DNA from: Candidatus Hadarchaeales archaeon
GTDB taxonomy: Archaea > Hadarchaeota > Hadarchaeia > Hadarchaeales > Hadarchaeaceae
Assembly (NCBI GenBank): GCA_038823825.1
Contig: JAWBCC010000005.1
Location: 14,691 to 46,690 of the forward strand
Reading direction: 5' to 3'
Length of the DNA: 32,000 nt
Shown: one piece after another, positions 26,801-32,000 of the stretch
How positions within the stretch are numbered: position 1 is the first letter of the stretch
How the letters are laid out: each line of letters begins with the position of its first letter
Notes under the pieces: model-generated
What the model was told of the DNA's origin: nothing
Databases searched by the model: none
Seen by the model: only the letters and a program-made list of their open reading frames with translations
Translations under genes and position numbers: made by a program

Positions 26801-27895
26801 CTATCCTCCGGTTAATATAAGAAAAGTGAAGCCTGCTACAGTGGCCCATAGGATCGCTAACAGAGCGTAAGTTATCACGGTCTTCCATCCCACTATCCTT
26901 GAGACCCCTATCATGGAAGGTATTGAGGACATGGGGGCACCGAGGAGGAAGGCGAGGGCAGCGCTTGGGGACATCCCGGAGTCCAGCAGAGCCTTCACGA
27001 AAAACACTTCCACAAGTGTTGGAGTATAAAGTGGAACCCCAATCATGGCCCCAAGGATTATGCCTAAAGATCCTGTTAAGTAAGTTCCTGTCACCTCTTT
27101 GGGAAGATATGCGTCTATGAAGCTTACCACCGCTACTCCGACAAGCAGGTAGGGGAGGACCATTCTCACAAGAGCGTATGCATCATGCAATGAGGCCACA
27201 GATTTTTCACAAAAGCTTCTTTTTACGGCTTCCTCGGCTTTTGTGGTGGAAATCCCCGCGAACTTCTCCTCCACTTTCTTGGCCCAGCCCGTTCTGGACG
27301 TTATCAGGCCGATGAGGATGGCTCCAACAAAAGCTGAGGTGAAGCGAGCTCCAGCCATGACGGGTGAAATGATCTCAGAAGTGAACAGAATGGCCAGAAA
27401 GTTTCCGGCTGGAGCCATCAAGAGAAAGGTCAAAGCTGGCCCAATGCCCGCTCCGGCTGCCATTATGCCTCCGAAGATTGGAATCATGGCACAGGAGCAT
27501 ACGGCTAGGACTGGGGCGAAGAAGGCGGCAAGAACGTAAGACCTAAGGCTTTTGCTGGAGAGATAGCTCTTCATTTTTTTCTCTTGGGACGAAAGCCTCT
27601 ATCATGCTCCAAGCATGAAGGCGAAGAGGAAGGCTCCCCACGCTCTCGTTAGATAACTGGCGAGATATACGAATGGGATGAGGATGGGGTGATACGATCT
27701 GAGGTCTCCGTACTTGTAGGAAGGCACGAGCGGATGTCCCACAACTCTGTGATAAACTATGGTGAAGAGACCGAATAGGAGGAGGAACCAAGCGAGCGCG
27801 GCTAGAAGGGTCTTACGGTTGGGAACTCTCATGGAATGTCTGAAGCATCTCGGCCAAGAGCACTCATCGTCTTCCCAGAATTCCACATTTCTCAC
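26801..27895 (-). pseudogene. ArsP/DUF318-type permease, N-terminally fused to a duplicated hsp20 start and interrupted (TGA-TAG in frame; conserved IEAFVP segment out of frame)
   Basis: ORFs 27602-27895 and 26801-27574 are in the same frame, separated by TGATAG plus 8 codons. The family-typical MIEAFVPREK is encoded in another frame between them. The downstream part has the VCSCAMIP and FLLMAP permease motifs. The first 11 aa, MRNVEFWEDDE, are identical to hsp20. Confidence 0.5.
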
Positions 27896-28018
27896 TCTCG
27901 ATTAGTTTTGTCAAATGGGAGTCTATTAATCTTTCTAGCGGTATTAGATTAAGATGGCGGCCGTGGTCTAGCCTGGTCAGGACTTGGGCCCTCCAAGCCC
28001 ACGACGCGGGTTCGAATC
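27828..28018. repeat. direct repeat copy B (hsp20-like 5' end + intergenic region + tRNA-Gly nt 1-62)
   Basis: See copy A. Similarity ends abruptly after GTTCGAATC (28018). Confidence 0.9.
27957..28018 (+). pseudogene. truncated tRNA-Gly(UCC) copy (5' 62 nt only)
   Basis: Identical to 26274-26335, but continues TTGACAGCCACC instead of CCGCCGGCCGCA, so the 3' T-stem and acceptor strands are missing. Confidence 0.85.
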
Positions 28019-28180
28019 TTGACAGCCACCTCCTAGTAGCTTGATTGACCCGAGTTTTTGTGATCTGTCATCCTGCTTAGTGGAGTCTTCGTTCTCGTTT
28101 CCTCGGAAAGTCGCATGAATTTAAACCGAACTCCTGATTAATTTAGCCATTAGACTTCCTGATATTAATTTGGTGAGTTA

Positions 28181-28468
28181 GTGCTTACACTCGTTATCTA
28201 CGACATAAGCTCGGATGACATCAGAACAAAGCTCGCCAACCGTCTCTTCGACTATGGTCTTCAGAGAATCCAATATAGTGCTTTCAAGGGGGAACTGAAC
28301 GCTCACGATAGAGAGGTTCTAGTAAAAGAACTCCCGAAATTTGTGGAAGGAGAAAGAGACTCGATCTATGTAATCCCCTTGTGTGAGCGCTGCGCGAGAC
28401 TTTGTAGAATCGTTTCTGAAAAACCTATCCCTTCTCTAGCAGAGGAAGACAGAGTAAAGCTTGTGTGA
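28181..28468 (+). CDS. cas2: CRISPR-associated endoribonuclease Cas2
   Basis: 95 aa. LVIYDISSDDIRTKLANRL..YGLQRIQYSAFKGEL is the Cas2 ferredoxin-fold N-terminus with catalytic Asp. GTG start behind GGTGA. Confidence 0.9.
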   Translation: MLTLVIYDISSDDIRTKLANRLFDYGLQRIQYSAFKGELNAHDREVLVKELPKFVEGERDSIYVIPLCERCARLCRIVSEKPIPSLAEEDRVKLV

Positions 28469-28513
28469 AAAACAAAAAAAACCTGGAAGGCGAGCTTTAT
28501 AGGGAGGAAAGAG

Positions 28514-29398
28514 GTGGTATTCTTTCTCTCTGCCCAAGAGCACAAACTCCTCCTAAACCGAGTCCTCCCTCTGGCGAGAGAGGTAGGAGTAACACCAGAG
28601 CTTAGAGGGTGGAACTGGTGGAAGGAACCGCTGAAGCCATACTACTCGGAGCGCATCTCTATGTTTTCCGTCTGCGGCCGGTTCTGCCCCACGGCGAGAG
28701 ATGTGTATTTAATGTACGTGGAAAGAAAGCAGGGAAAACTCACGCATGAGATATTGCTGGGAGCTATGGCACACAATCTGCTGGAATACTTGTTTGGGTA
28801 TTGCAGACAGGGAAAATTTGATATAAGCTTTCATGAATGGTGGAAGGGAGAGCTGGAAAAAAGAGGAAAGTTGGAAAATGTTGATGTTCTTCGCTCCTGC
28901 TTGGAACCCCTCTGGGAGTTGGTACTAAGCCAAGCGAGGGCTGCTTATCTGGAAACAAAGACTGCTCATCCTTACGCCGACGAGCCTCATGCGCTGGCAG
29001 TGGCTCTTCCCTTCCTGGTGGAGCACAAGCTCGACGGAAGGCTGCTAGGACTGAGCGGCACGTTGAGCGTTGACTGTTATGATTATTTGCGCCACATCAT
29101 CTTTGACGTGAAAGTTGGAGGACCTCCGCGAGACTTTTATCGACTGTATCCCACTGGCTATGCTTTGGTTTTTGAGAGCCTTTACGAGGTTCCAGTGGAC
29201 GTGGGGTGCTCCATCCATGTGAGCTTCAGAAACGGGAGAGTTGTGGTGAGTCGAGATATCTTTTTCATCAATGATGATCTTCGGAACTGGTGGGTTGAGG
29301 AGAGAGATCGTAAGCTGGAGCTTGTGGCTCAGAAGAAGGATCCGGGTAAAGCCAAAGAATGTGCCTCTAGCTGTATGTTCTTGGAGGTCTGTGAATGA
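28514..29398 (+). CDS. csa1: Cas4-like nuclease Csa1 (subtype I-A-associated)
   Basis: 294 aa. N-terminal LRGWNWW, RecB-type IFDVKVG (D-x-K) and C-terminal Cys residues (CASSCMFLEVC). Positioned between cas2 and cas1. Confidence 0.7.
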   Translation: MVFFLSAQEHKLLLNRVLPLAREVGVTPELRGWNWWKEPLKPYYSERISMFSVCGRFCPTARDVYLMYVERKQGKLTHEILLGAMAHNLLEYLFGYCRQGKFDISFHEWWKGELEKRGKLENVDVLRSCLEPLWELVLSQARAAYLETKTAHPYADEPHALAVALPFLVEHKLDGRLLGLSGTLSVDCYDYLRHIIFDVKVGGPPRDFYRLYPTGYALVFESLYEVPVDVGCSIHVSFRNGRVVVSRDIFFINDDLRNWWVEERDRKLELVAQKKDPGKAKECASSCMFLEVCE

Positions 29399-30414
29399 GG
29401 TTGGTGATCGACGGATTTGGGAAGTTCTTGGGAAGGAAGGGGGAAACCATCGTGGTGAAAGAGGATAGAAAGATTGTGGCACGTCTTCAGCCACAAGAGC
29501 TAGAGCAGGTAATCATCTCTGGAAAAGGGACGATTAGCACGGATGCCCTTAGGTTGCTAGCGGAGCATGGGGTGGACGTGTTGATCGTGGACTTTAGGGG
29601 CGAGGTTAAGGCAAGACTTTCTTCTCCTGAGATGAGAACTGTAAGTACCCGAAAAGAGCAATACTTGGCCTACGGAGATCGGAGAGGAATCGAAATTGCC
29701 AAAGCTGTGGTGAAGGCAAAATTAAAAAACCAATCCGCCGTTCTCCAGACCTTAGCCAAAAAAAGGTTAGAGACTGCGCCCCCCTTAGCGGAGAAGTTGC
29801 GGAGTGCTGCTATGGAAATATTAGAGCTACTGCCAGCACTAGAAGCTTTAAGGGGAGAAAAAGTGGAAGAGATGAGAGAAAGAATAATGAACATAGAGGG
29901 GAGAGGAGCCCAGTTCTACTGGGAAGCCCTCTCAAGGATTTTTGAGGGTTGGGGTTTTGAGGAAAGAACCGGAAGGTACGCTCATGATCCCATAAATGCT
30001 ATGCTCAACTACGGCTATGGCATCCTTCTAGGAGAGGTATGGAGAGCTGTTCACTATGCGGGATTAGATCCTTACGGAGGTTTCCTACATGCCGATAGAC
30101 CTGGAAAACCGAGCTTAGTTCTGGATTTGATGGAAGAGTTCAGACCTCATTTGGTAGATAAAATGGTGGTAGGAATGGTAAGCAAGAGAATGGTTTCTAA
30201 AGAAGATTTTGAGATAGTGGACGGAGTGTGTCAGATGAAGGAGAAGGCTAGGAGGTTATACCTCCAAGAACTTCTCGGGAGACTAGAGGAAGAGGTAAGG
30301 TTCGAGGGTCTGAGACTCACTTGGGGGAGGCTCTTTTTTCATCAAGCGAGGAAACTGGCTAAATTCTTAAGAGGCGAACTGGATAAGTATGAAGGATTCT
30401 GGCAGCGCTGGTGA
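29395..30414 (+). CDS. cas1: CRISPR-associated endonuclease Cas1
   Basis: 339 aa. IISGKGTISTDALRLL, ERIMNIEGRGAQFYW, DPINAMLNYGYGIL and GFLHADRPGKPSLVLDLMEEFR are Cas1 motifs. ATG overlaps the csa1 stop. Confidence 0.95.
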   Translation: MRLVIDGFGKFLGRKGETIVVKEDRKIVARLQPQELEQVIISGKGTISTDALRLLAEHGVDVLIVDFRGEVKARLSSPEMRTVSTRKEQYLAYGDRRGIEIAKAVVKAKLKNQSAVLQTLAKKRLETAPPLAEKLRSAAMEILELLPALEALRGEKVEEMRERIMNIEGRGAQFYWEALSRIFEGWGFEERTGRYAHDPINAMLNYGYGILLGEVWRAVHYAGLDPYGGFLHADRPGKPSLVLDLMEEFRPHLVDKMVVGMVSKRMVSKEDFEIVDGVCQMKEKARRLYLQELLGRLEEEVRFEGLRLTWGRLFFHQARKLAKFLRGELDKYEGFWQRW

Positions 30415-30988
30415 GATAAGCGTCTGGGAGGTTTACCAGTATTTCTATTGCCCTAGGAAACTTTACTTCATCAGAAAACTGGGATTGTACCCTCCTGAGA
30501 AAAGAAAGATGAGACTAAGCGAGGAACATCATAGAAAAGAACCCGAAAGAATTAAACGGAGACACGCCCTCTATGGTTTTTCTGAAAAAGAGGTAGAAGA
30601 AGTATTGCACGATCTTCTTTTAGAGGATCCCGAGCTGGGGTTGTACGGTAAAGCGGACACCGTCGTGAGACTGAAAAGCGGTGAGGTTGTGCCCGTGGAT
30701 GTGAAGTACTCAGGTTTGCCCTACGTCTCTAGGGCTTGGAGAAAACAAATGGTGGCCTATACCGTGCTGCTCGAGAGAATTTTGGGCGTGAGGATCAGAA
30801 GATGCATGATTTACCTTTTACCCTTACGACGCATCTTTTGGATAAACATTCTTCCAGAGGACAGAGAAGCCCTCAGGAAAGATCTAGAGAAAATGCGGAA
30901 GATAATAACTTCAGATCAAATTCCGAGGCCGGCTAGTCCTGAGCACTGTGGGTACTGTGAAGTAGCGAAATTCTGCAAAAGAGTGTAG
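30389..30988 (+). CDS. cas4: CRISPR-associated exonuclease Cas4
   Basis: YQYFYCPRKLYF (N-terminal Cys), GKADTV...VPVDVKYS (RecB D/E-x-K) and C-terminal CGYCEVAKFC (Fe-S cysteines). Confidence 0.9.
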   Translation: MKDSGSAGEISVWEVYQYFYCPRKLYFIRKLGLYPPEKRKMRLSEEHHRKEPERIKRRHALYGFSEKEVEEVLHDLLLEDPELGLYGKADTVVRLKSGEVVPVDVKYSGLPYVSRAWRKQMVAYTVLLERILGVRIRRCMIYLLPLRRIFWINILPEDREALRKDLEKMRKIITSDQIPRPASPEHCGYCEVAKFCKRV

Positions 30989-31107
30989 TTTCGGTAAAAG
31001 GCGAAACTTTGTGAACTTCTTTATAAACCCCCTATGCAAAAATCGAAGTTCACAAAGTCTTCACATAGATTTTTAAGGAAAGTCGGCCAAAAATGAAAAG
31101 AAGAGCG
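30989..31107 (+). promoter_or_regulatory. CRISPR leader
   Basis: 119-nt AT-rich non-coding stretch between the cas4 stop and the first repeat. TATA-like TTTATAAA (31020-31027) and TTTTAAGG (31071-31078), the latter 30-37 nt before repeat 1. Confidence 0.6.
31006..31058. repeat. perfect 14-bp inverted repeat with 25-nt loop in the leader
   Basis: ACTTTGTGAACTTC (31006-31019) is the exact reverse complement of GAAGTTCACAAAGT (31045-31058). The loop contains TTTATAAA. Confidence 0.9.
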
Positions 31108-32000
31108 GTTGCAGTGAAATGCCCCTGAAAATGGGGATTGAAAGCAATAAACCACATGGTTAAATCCGATCGTTCGAAATGTTGCAGTGAAATGCCCCTG
31201 AAAATGGGGATTGAAAGAAAAAATCTTTGATATTCTCTTCTCCAAATCTCTCGTTGCAGTGAAATGCCCCTGAAAATGGGGATTGAAAGATCACTGTACT
31301 GACGTATATCCTGCACTTCCGTCCAATGTTGCAGTGAAATGCCCCTGAAAATGGGGATTGAAAGTTTCACCCCATACCATACTGAACACTACCACTATTT
31401 GTTGCAGTGAAATGCCCCTGAAAATGGGGATTGAAAGATCTCTATCCTTGCTTCTATTCGAACGAATGGTGGATGTTGCAGTGAAATGCCCCTGAAAATG
31501 GGGATTGAAAGGAGTTCGTCCCTTCATCATTCTTGAAGAAGAAAATGTTGCAGTGAAATGCCCCTGAAAATGGGGATTGAAAGTCTTCGAGCATCTTTCC
31601 GTGATCGATTCGAGAAACGTTGCAGTGAAATGCCCCTGAAAATGGGGATTGAAAGTTGATTGAGGGAGCATGAATCTAGGCATCAATATCGTTGCAGTGA
31701 AATGCCCCTGAAAATGGGGATTGAAAGGGGCTATGGTTTCAGCGTGGAAAAAATAACGGTCTATGTTGCAGTGAAATGCCCCTGAAAATGGGGATTGAAA
31801 GAGCTATTGCGTCCCGATAATATTGCCTTAAAAAGTGTTGCAGTGAAATGCCCCTGAAAATGGGGATTGAAAGCGATATGACATTATTCGAGATGCCATT
31901 AAAGTAGAGTTGCAGTGAAATGCCCCTGAAAATGGGGATTGAAAGCTTTTACTTCTTTTTGTATTAAATCGGAAAGAGAACGTTGCAGTGAAATGCCCCT
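31108..32000 (+). CRISPR. CRISPR array, 37-nt repeat GTTGCAGTGAAATGCCCCTGAAAATGGGGATTGAAAG; 12 complete repeats + 1 partial, continues past the window
   Basis: Repeat starts at 31108, 31181, 31253, 31328, 31401, 31475, 31547, 31619, 31691, 31765, 31837, 31909 and 31982. All complete copies are identical by eye. Spacers are 36, 35, 38, 36, 37, 35, 35, 35, 37, 35, 35 and 36 nt and unique. The ATTGAAAG 3' end fits plus-strand transcription from the cas4-side leader. Confidence 0.97.

Noticed and set aside
26301-26870. 189-aa plus-strand ORF
   Set aside because: It starts inside tRNA-Gly and runs antisense through the thioredoxin-like gene and the permease 3' end. No recognisable motif.
27543-27791. 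82-aa ORF as an independent gene
   Set aside because: Only its last ~20 codons (MIEAFVPREK...) look like coding sequence, and they belong to the interrupted permease. The rest is an alternative frame of the permease N-terminal region.
26336-27827. Classical tRNA-integrated provirus or plasmid between the direct repeats
   Set aside because: The interval holds only a broken permease and a small thioredoxin-like gene, with no integrase, replication or structural genes. The duplicated part is the tRNA 5' portion plus upstream flank, not a 3' att core.
27957-28018. Second tRNA-Gly as a functional gene
   Set aside because: It lacks the 3' T-stem strand, the acceptor 3' strand and the discriminator. 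The downstream sequence cannot pair with GCGGCCG.
29395-30414. Casposon (Cas1-based transposon)
   Set aside because: This cas1 is flanked by cas2, csa1, cas4 and an array. No family-B polymerase and no terminal inverted repeats are visible.
31021-31686. ORFs 31021-31245, 31050-31370 and 31291-31686 with reiterated FNPHFQGHFTAT / LSIPIFRGISLQ peptides
   Set aside because: They are translations of the reverse complement of the CRISPR repeats. The periodic peptide repeats mirror the 37-nt repeat, so they are not genes.

Overview
Archaeal chromosome segment. The markers are group II chaperonin/thermosome, FEN1, SRP54, RNA polymerase subunits K and F, r-protein L21e, FBP aldolase/phosphatase, Trm1 and Shine-Dalgarno-like GGAGG/GGGGG motifs. 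I cannot name the organism. All calls come from reading the six-frame translations and hand-folding or hand-aligning DNA; no database search was possible.

Positions 1-26100 are tightly packed housekeeping genes: RNA modification, translation/transcription, central carbon metabolism and glycan/envelope genes. This stretch holds tRNA-His(GUG) and tRNA-Thr(CGU), and many gene ends overlap.

From about 26.1 kb the window becomes accessory. A ~190-nt segment (5' end of hsp20, the divergent intergenic promoter region and the first 62 nt of tRNA-Gly(UCC)) recurs 1.68 kb downstream. The two copies bracket a decaying permease/thioredoxin cassette. The truncated second tRNA copy sits directly upstream of a cas2-csa1-cas1-cas4 adaptation module. 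After it comes a CRISPR array: 37-nt repeat, 12 complete repeats plus 1 partial, running off the window. No effector cas genes are visible.

I did not recognise a clear-cut new multi-gene system. The best leads are:
- the tRNA-Gly/hsp20 duplication junction at the edge of the CRISPR-cas locus
- the chimeric, interrupted permease
- two genes whose conserved N-termini precede any canonical start codon
- a DUF123 (GIY-YIG-like) gene embedded in an RNA-modification gene string
- a tandem pair of unknown 3-TM mini-proteins
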